Part shown: one piece after another, positions 51,491 to 60,896 of the stretch
Layout: each line of letters begins with the position of its first letter
Position numbering within the stretch: position 1 is the first letter of the stretch
Origin: an uncultured delta proteobacterium
GTDB taxonomy: Bacteria; Myxococcota_A; Polyangia; Fen-1088
Direction of reading: 5' to 3'
NCBI GenBank assembly: GCA_963767925.1
Contig: CAVYGB010000002.1
Location: forward strand, 1,376,001-1,440,000
DNA length: 64,000 nt
Translations under genes and position numbers: made by a program
The notes under the pieces: model-generated
The model's database searches: none
What the model was told of the DNA's origin: nothing
What the model saw: the letters and a program-made list of their open reading frames with translations, nothing else

Positions 51491-52660
51491 TCAGGTCGTC
51501 CCTGGCAGCCAGCTCAGCGCCTGCGAAAATCCGAGCCGTTCCACGCCGGGGCTCGATGGGTTCCGCCCCGCCGCCTGGTCCACCAGGAAGGCCCCGCTGG
51601 CGGCCACGTCACGGGCGGCGGATTCGAGGGCGTGGATCGTCCGGGGCCTGTCGCCGAGCCCGGACTTGACCTCGACGGCGTAGCGCTTGCCGCCCCTCTC
51701 GACGACGAGGTCAATCTCGGCTCCAGCGGCCGTGCGCCAGAAGAAGAACTGGCTGTGCGGATGGGCGACGCGCTCGCGTCGCAGAAGGTCCTCGATGACG
51801 AAGGTCTCCCAGCTTGCCCCCCGGATGGGATGGGAATCCAGGTCCTGGTGCGTGCTGATGTTCAGCAGGTGATGGAGGAGGCCCGAGTCCTTGAGGTAGA
51901 CCTTGGGCGACTTCACCAGGCGCTTGCCGACGTTGCGAAAGTACGGAGGCAGCCGGCGGACCAGGTAGGTCCGCTCGAGCACGTCCAGGTAGCGCCGGAC
52001 CGTGTGATGTGACACGCCCAGCGAGCCTCCCAGCTGCGAGCTGCTGAGGAGTCCGCCCTGCTGGTGGGCCAGCATCGTCAGCAGCCGCCGGAGCAGCATC
52101 GGGTCGGTGCCGATGCCAAGGGCGGGCAGATCTCGCTCGACGTAGGTTCGCAGGTACGCCTCCCACCACTCTCTGAAGTCGCCCCCCCGCAAAGGATCGG
52201 GAAACCCACCGCGTAGCCAGACCTCCATCCAGGGACGGCGCTGGCGGCCGCTCTGGACCTCGGCTGCCGTCAGCGGCTCCAGCTCGAGGATCCCGACCCG
52301 GCCGGCGAGCGACTCTGACACCCCCTTCACCAGGGAAGGCTGCGCGGATCCGAGGAGGACAAACCGTCCCATTGTCCGCCGACTCGCATCGATGAGCCCT
52401 CGGAGAGCGGCGAAGGTCTCGGGAACGAACTGGACCTCGTCCAGGATCACCGCCGGGCGCGCCCGGCTCTCGAGCTGAAAGGTGGGGTCATCGAGAAAGA
52501 GCGCGCGGGTGCGAGGCTCCTCCAGATCCACGTATGGCATTCGAGGGAACGTCGACCGCGCCAGGGTGGTCTTGCCGACCTGCCTGGCCCCCAGCACGAG
52601 GACGGCAGGGAAGGTCAGGCTGAGGTCTTTCAGCCGCGACGAAGCCGCCCGTCGCCACAT
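51491..52660 (-). CDS. AAA_14/DUF4143 ATPase with C-terminal PD-(D/E)xK-like motif
   Basis: GARQVGKTT, ILDEVQ, SESLAGR, RGGFP, KSPKVYLKDSG, EIDLV..AVEVK. Confidence 0.9.
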   Translation of the reverse strand: MWRRAASSRLKDLSLTFPAVLVLGARQVGKTTLARSTFPRMPYVDLEEPRTRALFLDDPTFQLESRARPAVILDEVQFVPETFAALRGLIDASRRTMGRFVLLGSAQPSLVKGVSESLAGRVGILELEPLTAAEVQSGRQRRPWMEVWLRGGFPDPLRGGDFREWWEAYLRTYVERDLPALGIGTDPMLLRRLLTMLAHQQGGLLSSSQLGGSLGVSHHTVRRYLDVLERTYLVRRLPPYFRNVGKRLVKSPKVYLKDSGLLHHLLNISTHQDLDSHPIRGASWETFVIEDLLRRERVAHPHSQFFFWRTAAGAEIDLVVERGGKRYAVEVKSGLGDRPRTIHALESAARDVAASGAFLVDQAAGRNPSSPGVERLGFSQALSWLPGTT

Positions 52661-52662
52661 GC

Positions 52663-52697
52663 CTTGTATATTGGATCTTACACCTCCAAAATACAAG
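52663..52697 (-). promoter_or_regulatory. AT-rich inverted repeat just before the ATPase start
   Basis: CTTGTATATTGGA-N9-TCCAAAATACAAG (12/13 match). Confidence 0.55.
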
Positions 52698-52857
52698 TCT
52701 ACATTCGAGCGTAGGGTCGCCGACCCGCCCCCTGCGAGCCGCTCCTCCGGGGCGGATCGGGCTCGACCGGTAGAGGAAGGTCGGCGAGACGAGGGAATGA
52801 AGAGCGCGCGGCGGCCGCGCGGCGGGGGGGTGGGGGTGCGTGGTACGGTCGCGGCGT

Positions 52858-53862
52858 ATGACGACGGCGCGGGTTCCTTATCAGGACGTCGAGGATGAGC
52901 TGGCGCGGGTGCTGGAGGGGTTGGGGTTCGATGGCGAGCGGGGGCGGCTCTGTGCGCGGCTGTTTGCGGAGACCAGCCGGGACGGCGTTTATTCGCACGG
53001 GTTGAACCGGTTTCCTCGGTTTGTCGAGCAGGTGCGGCGGGGGGTTGTCGATCCGCGGGCGCGGGCGGAGCGGGTGGCGGGGTTCGGCGCGGTCGAGCGC
53101 TGGGATGGCAAGCGGGGCGCCGGGAACCTGAATGCGCGGGCGGCGATGGAGGCGGCGCTGGGGCTGGCCCGGCGGCACGGGATGGGGTGTGTGGCGCTGG
53201 CGAACACGAACCACTGGATGCGCGGCGGGACTTATGGCTGGCAGGCGGTGGAGGCGGGGGCGATCGGGATCTGCTGGACCAACACGATGGCCAACTTGCC
53301 GGCCTGGGGGGCGGCGGAGGCGCGGGTGGGGAACAACCCGCTGGTGATCGCGGTGCCGCACGCGCAGGGCCCGGTGGTGCTGGACATGGCGATGTCGCAA
53401 TTTTCGTTCGGGGCGCTCGAGGGGTTTCGTCTGCGGGGCGAGCGGCTGCCGGTCGATGGCGGCTTCGATGGCGAGGGGCGGTTGACCCGGGATCCGGGGG
53501 CGATCGAGGCGTCGGGCCGGGCGCTGCCCATCGGGTACTGGAAGGGGTCGGGGCTGGCGATGATGCTCGACATGCTGGGCGCGCTCCTCTCGGGCGGGCT
53601 GGCCACCCACCAGATCCCGGTCGACACGATCCGCGAGTCGGGGTTGTCGCAGGTGTTCCTGGCCTTCGATCTCCCGTCGATCGATGGCGGGGGCGAGGCC
53701 CGGGAGGCGGTTGTCGCCGGGATTCTCGACAGCGTGCGCGGCCCCCTGGCGGGCGAGCGCCTGCGGACGCCGGGCGAGCGCATCGCCCAGGCCCGCCGGG
53801 ACAACCTCGAGCGGGGCATCCCGGTCGACGAGCAGCTCTGGAGCGGCATCCGCCAGCTCTGA
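52858..53862 (+). CDS. yiaK: 3-dehydro-L-gulonate 2-dehydrogenase (Ldh_2 family)
   Basis: DGVYSHGLNRFPRF, NTNHWMRGGTYGW, GNNPLV, LDMAMSQF, PIGYWKGSG. Confidence 0.9.
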   Translation: MTTARVPYQDVEDELARVLEGLGFDGERGRLCARLFAETSRDGVYSHGLNRFPRFVEQVRRGVVDPRARAERVAGFGAVERWDGKRGAGNLNARAAMEAALGLARRHGMGCVALANTNHWMRGGTYGWQAVEAGAIGICWTNTMANLPAWGAAEARVGNNPLVIAVPHAQGPVVLDMAMSQFSFGALEGFRLRGERLPVDGGFDGEGRLTRDPGAIEASGRALPIGYWKGSGLAMMLDMLGALLSGGLATHQIPVDTIRESGLSQVFLAFDLPSIDGGGEAREAVVAGILDSVRGPLAGERLRTPGERIAQARRDNLERGIPVDEQLWSGIRQL

Positions 53863-53974
53863 TCGCGCGGCGTACCACGAGGATCGCCGCCGCCGCCGCT
53901 GGTACGAATCGCTCGGCGACATCTTCGACTGACCGCCGCCGCGCCGGAGTGAGGGGCGCCCGGCTTGGCAACCG

Positions 53975-54027
53975 CCCCTCACCCTTGACCCTCTCCCCGG
54001 CTACAGACAGTCGCGGGGAGAGGGCAA
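53975..54027 (+). repeat. REP-like palindromic element (variant)
   Basis: CCCCTCACCCTTGACCCTCTCCCCG...CGGGGAGAGGGC. Confidence 0.7.
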
Positions 54028-54171
54028 ACAGGCGGCGGGGAGCCGGCGGGTTCTTGCGTCGAGCTGGCGCGGGGGCCCCGCCACCCCGGTCTGTTTGCGT
54101 GGCTTGGCCCCGACTGGGGATCGCGGCATGATGGGCCCGATTTGCCGCCGGCTGGCGGAGCGAGGTCTGGC

Positions 54172-54837
54172 ATGTTCGGACGTGAGCTGCGACTCGGGGG
54201 GGTGGGGGCGGCGCTGCTGGGGCTGATCGGCTGCACCGCCGACGGCGGGCCCGCGCCTGCGCCGTCGTCCGACGGGGCGGCTCCGGTGGCGGGGGTGGAG
54301 GGCACCCTGCACGGCGCGTTCCTCGAGCTCGAGTGCATGAGCGAGAAGATCGAGCTGCAGTTCTGTGTCCCGAAGGACATGGGGATGCGCCGGCTCGATC
54401 TGAAGCTGGGGGGCGACCCCGGCCGGATGTATTCGATGGTGCTGCGGGTGTGGGGCGTGGTCGAGGGGGTGCGCTACCGCGAGGGCAGCAAGGGGGGCGA
54501 ACATTTTTACATCGGCGGGCGCGGGGGCACGCCCGACACGGCCGAATACACCCTCGACATCGCCGGCGCGAAGTACCACCTCAACCACTTCGACAACAAC
54601 CCGGGCGAGCACTACACCTATCCGATCGAATACACGGCGCCCGCCATCGTCGTTCCCGGCGGCGCAGACGTCGTGCTCTCGGTCCGCGATCCCGACAACC
54701 TGGTGAACACCAACCACATGGAGATCGCGGTCGCCGCCCCGCCGCCCGCTCTGCGCCAGAAGCTCGAGAAGATGCAGGACAACGTCCTCCGCTGGCAATA
54801 CGTGTACCTCGAGGTCGCCAGCGTTCTGGCCCGCTGA
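54172..54837 (+). CDS. Lipoprotein of unknown function
   Basis: LIG-C lipobox; globular beta-rich domain. Confidence 0.7.
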   Translation: MFGRELRLGGVGAALLGLIGCTADGGPAPAPSSDGAAPVAGVEGTLHGAFLELECMSEKIELQFCVPKDMGMRRLDLKLGGDPGRMYSMVLRVWGVVEGVRYREGSKGGEHFYIGGRGGTPDTAEYTLDIAGAKYHLNHFDNNPGEHYTYPIEYTAPAIVVPGGADVVLSVRDPDNLVNTNHMEIAVAAPPPALRQKLEKMQDNVLRWQYVYLEVASVLAR

Positions 54838-54873
54838 CCGCTGGACGACCCGCTGCTCATCAGGACGATCGAC

Positions 54874-55020
54874 ATGCCAGTCCGGGAATACCTGGTGCTC
54901 CGGCAGCGGCCGCTGGCCTGGCGCGAGGAGGACTCGTTCCTGGTGGTCTACGCCATGTATTTCACGCTGCAGGACGGGGAGGGCGCGACCGAGCGGGCCC
55001 GCCTTGCTCCCCGTCGCTGC
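54874..55020 (+). pseudogene. Fragment resembling penicillin acylase family proteins
   Basis: EYLVLRQRPLAWREEDSFLVVYAMYFTLQD; ends at a REP element. Confidence 0.45.
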
Positions 55021-55056
55021 GGGCGCGAGCTGATCCCACTCCGACGCCACCGGAGA

Positions 55057-55281
55057 CCCCTCACCCCACCCTCTCCCCGCTGCCGCGGGGCGAGGGCGAA
55101 CGAGCAGCGGGGTGACCCGATCATCGTCCTGAGGCGAATAGAGGGCCCTTGCTCGAGACTTCCGAACCCCGCTGTCCGTTCGCCGCAACCGCTGCACCGA
55201 TCGCACATGCGCCCGTGCGGTCCGGGCAGCGCTTACCGTTCGCCCTCGCCCCGCGCAGCGGGGAGAGGGAGGGGTGAGGGG
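55057..55281. repeat. Inverted pair of REP-like elements (55057-55100 on +, 55239-55281 on -)
   Basis: CCCCTCACCCCACCCTCTCCCCGCTGCCGCGGGGCGAGGGCGAA and a near reverse complement about 140 bp away. Confidence 0.85.
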
Positions 55282-55402
55282 TCTGCGGTCGAGCTGTTTG
55301 GGCGGTGTGGCAGCGGACTCGAAGTGGCGCGCGGATCCGATCGACCGGTGCGCGCTACGGCCCGAACCTCACCGTCGCTCGTCCTCGACCTCCCTCGCGC
55401 CG

Positions 55403-56071
55403 TTACTTTACTGCCGAGGCCTTCTCCAGCTCGGAGCGGAAGGCGGCCAGGGCGGTTTCGTCGAGGGCGCCGCCGAGGTGGATGATGCGGCCGTCGCGAT
55501 CGACGACCAGCGTGGTCGGGATGCGGTCGCTGCCGATGGCCCGGGGCAGGCGGAACTCCTCGTCGACGAGCTGGCGGTAGCGCAGGCCGCGCCGGGCGAC
55601 GAAGGCGGCCACCGTGTCGCGCGCCTCGCCCACCGCCACGCCAATCACGGTCGCGCCCGGGGCGCGCTCGGCCAGGCGGGTGAGGGCGGCCAGCTCCCCT
55701 TTGCAGGTCTTGCACCAGGTGGCCCACACCGCCACCAGCGCGACCTTGCCCCCGAGGGCCGCCTGCAGCTCGGTGTCCTGCCCGTCCAGTGTCTGCAGGC
55801 GCAGGGGCGGCAGCGTCACGGGAACCCCGGCCGCGGCGGTAGAGCGCGTCGCGCTCGCGTCTGTCGCCGCGCGCGCCCCCTCGTCGCTCACCCGTCGATC
55901 CGACGCCGCGCCCGCCGCGCGCGCCCCCTCGCCGAGGACGATTCGATCCGCCGCCGGATCCGCCGCCGGATCGACCCGGCCCATTACGGCCGGCGCGGGG
56001 GCGGCCGCCCGCGGGCCCGCGCAGCCGCTGCCCAGCAGGGCGGCCGTCAGAACAGCAAGCCGAACGAACAT
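55403..56071 (-). CDS. TlpA-family thiol-disulfide oxidoreductase lipoprotein
   Basis: Lipobox, WATWCKTC, IPTTLVVDRDG. Confidence 0.88.
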   Translation of the reverse strand: MFVRLAVLTAALLGSGCAGPRAAAPAPAVMGRVDPAADPAADRIVLGEGARAAGAASDRRVSDEGARAATDASATRSTAAAGVPVTLPPLRLQTLDGQDTELQAALGGKVALVAVWATWCKTCKGELAALTRLAERAPGATVIGVAVGEARDTVAAFVARRGLRYRQLVDEEFRLPRAIGSDRIPTTLVVDRDGRIIHLGGALDETALAAFRSELEKASAVK

Positions 56072-57249
56072 GTGTACATCGAGGCGCGCAGGTCGTTGCT
56101 GCGCACGAAATAGTCGTAGCCCAGGTCGAGGTGCAGGCTCTCGAGCCCGGGCACGAAGTCGAGGTCGATGGCCGCCATCAGGCCGTAGGTCTCGCCCAGA
56201 AAGCCAGCCAGGTCGCTGTCCGCCGTCCGCCACAGCCCCTCGTCGGGGGGCGCGGCCCGGCTGAAGAAGCTGGCCCCGCGCTGCAGGTCGCGCCGGTAGC
56301 TGACCCGCAGGTGCACGCGGTGGTCGATCCGCTGGCTGTATTGCACCTCCAGGGTGTGCGCCCGGATCCCCCAGTCGTCGGTGTAGTAGCGGTACAGGCC
56401 CTTCAGCGCGGCCGGTGGCTGCCAGGGCAGCGCCTGGGCCAGCCGGGCCACGAAGGCGTGGCGCTGCCGCAGCTTCGGCATCTTTTCGGTCCCGAGCTCC
56501 CCGGTGCTCAGGGGGACGGCGTTCCAGGTGTTCGACAGCTCCCCGAGCTGGACGGTGAGGCCGTACCCCAGGTGGCCCACCGTCGTCGGCGACAGGAGCT
56601 GGGTCAGCCCCAGGTTGGCGTTGGTCGACGAGCGGAAGACGCCGCCCTGCCGCTTGCCCTTGAGGTCGAAGCGGTCGAACCAGTCGAAGGCGTGGTTCAG
56701 GCTGGCCGAGACCGTCGTGTTGCCGTCGGCGAACGCGCGCGCCCCGCCCGCCCCCAGCAGCCACGACCGGAACGGCTCCTCCACGTGGAAGGCCGCCCGC
56801 ACCGACACCTCGGTCACCTCGCTGGCCTGGTAGCTGGTCGTCAGGTCGAGGCTGCCCGCCTCGTTGCGGCGGGACGAGCCCGAGACCGCGTCGAGGGCGT
56901 CGGGCGAGGCGCCCGTGACGACGTCGACCGGGATCCACAGGGTGTGGGTGAAGCGCCCATGGCTGGCCACCACCTCGCCCTGGAGCTGCTCGACGCTGAG
57001 GCGCTCGCTGCCCGGCACGGCGGCCGAGGCCCGGTCGGCCTGCGACTGGTAGCCGCGCCCGTCCTGGTCGAAGTGCGAGTAGCGCATGCGCACCGATTCG
57101 ACCCGGAAGCGCTCCCCCTCCCCCTCGTCGTCGAGGATCGCCCGCGCCGACAGGTTGCCGGGATCCTGCGCCGGCGGACCGGCCACCGGCTCGGCCCGGG
57201 CGGGCATCGCCAGCAACACGGCGAGCGCCCAGCCGCCCCTCACTGGCAC
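56047..57249 (-). CDS. DUF3570-like outer-membrane beta-barrel protein
   Basis: VDVVTGAS, E.MP..R.R, YRYYTDDWGIRAHT, TADSDL, C-terminal Phe. Confidence 0.8.
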   Translation of the reverse strand: MPVRGGWALAVLLAMPARAEPVAGPPAQDPGNLSARAILDDEGEGERFRVESVRMRYSHFDQDGRGYQSQADRASAAVPGSERLSVEQLQGEVVASHGRFTHTLWIPVDVVTGASPDALDAVSGSSRRNEAGSLDLTTSYQASEVTEVSVRAAFHVEEPFRSWLLGAGGARAFADGNTTVSASLNHAFDWFDRFDLKGKRQGGVFRSSTNANLGLTQLLSPTTVGHLGYGLTVQLGELSNTWNAVPLSTGELGTEKMPKLRQRHAFVARLAQALPWQPPAALKGLYRYYTDDWGIRAHTLEVQYSQRIDHRVHLRVSYRRDLQRGASFFSRAAPPDEGLWRTADSDLAGFLGETYGLMAAIDLDFVPGLESLHLDLGYDYFVRSNDLRASMYTCSFGLLF

Positions 57250-57476
57250 GAGCACCCGCCGCCCGCGGGCACCCCGTCGCCGCCGGCGGCCCCCCCGCGC
57301 GTCGAGTAGAACTTGCTGCGCTTGTGGGCCTCGAGGCCGTCCTGCTCGAGCCGCATGATGGGGTCGGCCAGCCGCCCGCGCTGGTTCCGCGGCACCACCG
57401 CGCAACCGGCCAGCGTGCCGGCCAGCGCGAGCGCCAGCAGCACCGCCCGCGCGCCCCCGGCGCCGCCCTTGCTCAC
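57240..57476 (-). CDS. DUF4266-like small lipoprotein
   Basis: LAG-C..V...RG.LADP.M...GG.G...GGGCSC. Confidence 0.85.
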   Translation of the reverse strand: MSKGGAGGARAVLLALALAGTLAGCAVVPRNQRGRLADPIMRLEQDGLEAHKRSKFYSTRGGAAGGDGVPAGGGCSCQ

Positions 57477-58084
57477 ATCCGCCCCTTGAGGCCCAGGGCC
57501 AGCTTGCCGCCCGGCCCGATCTCCGGCGCCAGCTCCAGCCGGGCCGCCCGGGCCCGCTCGCCCGCCATCAGGCTGTCGACGAGGCCGTAGCCGGAGGTGA
57601 CCAGCAGGCCAGCCAGGGCGGCGCCGAGGACGACGCAGGCGGGGTCTTTCGTGTCGTCGAGGATCCGGGGCACCGTCTCGAGCAGCGCGGTCGACAGCAC
57701 CGCCGCGGTCAGCGTCACCCCCCCGAACACGGCGGCCCGGGCGCCCTCGCCGGCCACCAGGTGGGACACGATGGGCGCCACCGCCAGCCCGGCGGCCAGC
57801 ACCTCGATCGAGCGCTTGCGCGTGCGGGTGTCGCTGGCCAGCGCGGTCAGACCGCCCGCCACGACCATCGGCCCCAGCGCCAGGGTCAGCCCCAGCCCGA
57901 CCGACAGGGCCACCGGGGGCTCGGCGAGCGGAGCGACCTGCGCGCTCAGCCGGGCGGGCGCCACCACCGGCAGCCCGGGGACCGGCGCGGCCGCCACCTG
58001 AGCCTCGGCCGCGCCGGGGCCGAGACAGGCCAGCACGCCGAGGGCGACCGCCGGGGTCCACGCCCTGTGCTGCTTGCGCGCCAC
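57473..58084 (-). CDS. Hypothetical exported/membrane protein
   Basis: Signal-like segment and several hydrophobic helices; overlaps the DUF4266 start. Confidence 0.55.
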   Translation of the reverse strand: MARKQHRAWTPAVALGVLACLGPGAAEAQVAAAPVPGLPVVAPARLSAQVAPLAEPPVALSVGLGLTLALGPMVVAGGLTALASDTRTRKRSIEVLAAGLAVAPIVSHLVAGEGARAAVFGGVTLTAAVLSTALLETVPRILDDTKDPACVVLGAALAGLLVTSGYGLVDSLMAGERARAARLELAPEIGPGGKLALGLKGRM

Positions 58085-58248
58085 GAACGCACGATCGGCC
58101 GAGGCGGGCGGGAGCTTTAGCGCCGGAGCCCGACCGGGAGCGGGGGCGTCACGACACGCGGCTCGGAGCGGCTCGGCGCGGCGCAGGGGGCCGCGCGGGC
58201 GCCGGGGCGGGGAGGCAGCGCCCCCACCGCCCGGCGACGACGGGGGGA

Positions 58249-58833
58249 TCAGTAAGCGAAGGCGACGGGGAGGCAGGCCAGCTTGGGGCCGGCCAGACCG
58301 CCGACACCGCTCGCCATCTGGTGGATGATGATGGCCTTGGCCTCGTTCGGGCGGGGCATCCAGGCCACGGTCACGTCGGCGCCACCCTGGCCGTAGCTGT
58401 CGGTGGCGAAGTCGAGCCACATCTCGTTCGAGGTGTTGGCGTAGTTCGGATCGCTGGCCATCACGCCCTGGGGATAGGCGTTGTGCTGGTAGTGACCGCC
58501 GGCCTTCGCGGGGTCATCGCAGGGCAGCTTGTGCAGGTGCGCGCCGAAGGTGCGGCCGGCCGGCATCCCCTGGAGGGTCAGCTTGATGCGGAGATTGCCG
58601 TTGTTGTTGTAGCCGCGCGCGCTGGCCGAGGCGGTGTACCCGATCGGGTTCGGAACGGCAGCCATCGTGGGGTCGGCGGCGCCGTAGGGGTATCCGTAGA
58701 TGATGAGGGGCGAGTTGCCGGAAGAGGCGATGATCGGTTGCGCGTCGGTCTCCTCGGGCGCCGCGCAGCCCGCCGCGATCGGCGCGCCGAACAGGGCCAG
58801 GCACAACAGCACTTTCGAGCCAGCATTCGTCAT
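58249..58833 (-). CDS. Cu/Zn superoxide dismutase family lipoprotein
   Basis: AAG-C lipobox, FGAHLH..C...AGGHY, AIIIH, GPKLAC. Confidence 0.8.
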   Translation of the reverse strand: MTNAGSKVLLCLALFGAPIAAGCAAPEETDAQPIIASSGNSPLIIYGYPYGAADPTMAAVPNPIGYTASASARGYNNNGNLRIKLTLQGMPAGRTFGAHLHKLPCDDPAKAGGHYQHNAYPQGVMASDPNYANTSNEMWLDFATDSYGQGGADVTVAWMPRPNEAKAIIIHQMASGVGGLAGPKLACLPVAFAY

Positions 58834-59202
58834 GGGGGTACTCCTTGATGGGTGATGACGGCCGTCTGGAGCCTTCGACCGGGAGGGACCCAAGCGAAGC
58901 GGGGAACCCTGGGGAGAGTCATCGACTCAGGGGGGGCCGAGCTGAGAGGATTCTTATACGCCTCTCAATCAACGTTACGGAAGCCGGACGGGACCGCCGA
59001 CTCCGCCTTTTGCTGGTGAAACCAGGTAGTTGTGCCGTATAAGAACTGTCTAATACGGTTCTCAAGGCGCGTCGTGACACGAAATGAGACAAAATCGAGA
59101 CGTAAGCCCGGTCTCGAATAACCGGTGTGCCAATCCTGCCCGATCTCGACACGTCAAGTCGCGCCTCCGGCGGGGAGGCCGGTCGAGCCAGACGCGCGCG
59201 GC

Positions 59203-60732
59203 TCAGGCACCGGTGCGGGCGCGGTCGCGCGAGGCTTCGATCTCGGCGTCGTTGATCCCGTGCATGCGCAGCTTCTCCCAGAGGCTCTTGCGCGAGATCC
59301 CCAGCATCTCGGCGGCGCGCAGGCGGCGGCCGCCGGCCTGGGCGATGGCCCGCAGCAGGTACTCGCGCTCGAACTCCTTGACCGCCGACTGCAGCGGCCG
59401 GACCTCCCCTTCGCTCGGCGTCGGCTCGCCGCCGCCCAGGCGGGTGCCCGCGGTGATGGTGCTCGGCAGGTGCTCGAGCCGGATCTCGCCGCCCGCCGAC
59501 AGCACCACCGCGTGCTCGACCGCGTGGGAGAACTCGCGCACGTTGCCCGGGAACGCGTGCTGCGACAGCGCGGCCCAGGCCCCCGGCGACACCGTCGGCA
59601 TGGGCTTGCCCGCCGCCACGAAGCTCTGCAGGAAGTGCTGCAGCAGCAGGGGCAGATCGCCCGGCCGATCGCGCAGCGGCGGCATGGGGACCTCGATGAC
59701 GTTGATCCGGTAGTAGAGGTCCTCGCGGAACTGCCCCTCGGCGATGCGCTTCTTCAGGTCGCGGTGGGTCGCCGACAGGATGCGCACGTCCACCTTCACG
59801 GTTGTGTTGGTGCCGAGCGGCTCGAAGGTCCCCTCCTGCAGCACCCGCAGCAGCTTGGCCTGGGCCGACAGGGGCAGCTCGGCCACCTCGTCGAGAAACA
59901 GGGTGCCGCCGTGGGCCGCCTTGAAGCGCCCCTCGCGCCGCTTGACCGCCCCGGTGAAGGCTCCCCGCTCGTGCCCGAACAGCTCCGCCTCGATCAACGT
60001 CTCGGACAGCGCCCCGCAGTTGACCACCATGAAGGGGGCGGCGTTGCGCGCGCTCCGCTCGTGCAACATGCGGGCGACCAGCTCCTTGCCGGTGCCGCTC
60101 TCCCCGGTGACAAGCACGGGGGCGTCGCTCTGGGACACGACCTGGATCAGCCCCACCACCCGGCGCATGGTCGGCGAGCGGCCGATGAGGGTCGTCGAGT
60201 GCCGCCGGTCGGCCAGCTCGGCGCGGGCCCGGTCGAGCTCACGGCGCAGGCTGCGGTGCTGGCCGATGCGCCGGAGCTGCAGCAGCAGCTCGTCGATCTC
60301 GAACGGCTTGGTCAGGTAATCGTAGGCGCCCTCCTTCAGGGCGGCGACCGCGTCAGCCACCTCGGCGTAGGCGGTCATGAGGATGACCTCGCTGGCCGGC
60401 GACTCCTGCCGCACCCGCCGCAGGAGGGTCAGCCCGTCCGCCTTCGGCAGGCGCACGTCGCAGATGATGACGTCGAACACCTTGGAGGTGATCTGCACGA
60501 TCCCCTCGGCGCCGTCGCCTGCCACCGTGACTCGGTGCCCCGCCTCGCGCAGGGCCTCCTCGAGGGCCAGCCGCAGCTCCGGCTCGTCGTCGATGAGCAG
60601 CACGTCGAGCGACTCGTCCGGTCCCGCCTCCTGCGGACGATTCTCCCCCCCGCGCTGCTCTGCGGGATCGGTGACAACCTTCGCAGTTGGGTCCTGCGCA
60701 GCTTCGCTCAGCGGCGTCGACGGTGAAAGCAT
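59203..60732 (-). CDS. sigma54-dependent response regulator (AtoC/NtrC-like)
   Basis: [33 protein letters not shown], Fis HTH. Confidence 0.93.
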   Translation of the reverse strand: MLSPSTPLSEAAQDPTAKVVTDPAEQRGGENRPQEAGPDESLDVLLIDDEPELRLALEEALREAGHRVTVAGDGAEGIVQITSKVFDVIICDVRLPKADGLTLLRRVRQESPASEVILMTAYAEVADAVAALKEGAYDYLTKPFEIDELLLQLRRIGQHRSLRRELDRARAELADRRHSTTLIGRSPTMRRVVGLIQVVSQSDAPVLVTGESGTGKELVARMLHERSARNAAPFMVVNCGALSETLIEAELFGHERGAFTGAVKRREGRFKAAHGGTLFLDEVAELPLSAQAKLLRVLQEGTFEPLGTNTTVKVDVRILSATHRDLKKRIAEGQFREDLYYRINVIEVPMPPLRDRPGDLPLLLQHFLQSFVAAGKPMPTVSPGAWAALSQHAFPGNVREFSHAVEHAVVLSAGGEIRLEHLPSTITAGTRLGGGEPTPSEGEVRPLQSAVKEFEREYLLRAIAQAGGRRLRAAEMLGISRKSLWEKLRMHGINDAEIEASRDRARTGA

Positions 60733-60749
60733 GCGGGCACCCGAGGTCC

Positions 60750-60765
60750 TTCAAGGCACGTGCCA
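60750..60765 (-). promoter_or_regulatory. Possible sigma54 -24/-12 promoter
   Basis: Minus strand TGGCACGTGCCTTGAA; correct spacing but GA instead of GC at -12. Confidence 0.3.
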
Positions 60766-60896
60766 CCCCGCAGACCACCCCGCACTCGAGTTGGGGCGCA
60801 ATCTACCGATGGCTCTCTGTCGAGGCGACACGTGCAGTTACTGATTGGTGACGAGTTATTACTGGGGAGTAACGGCAAGACAGGCACCCCGCTCTT

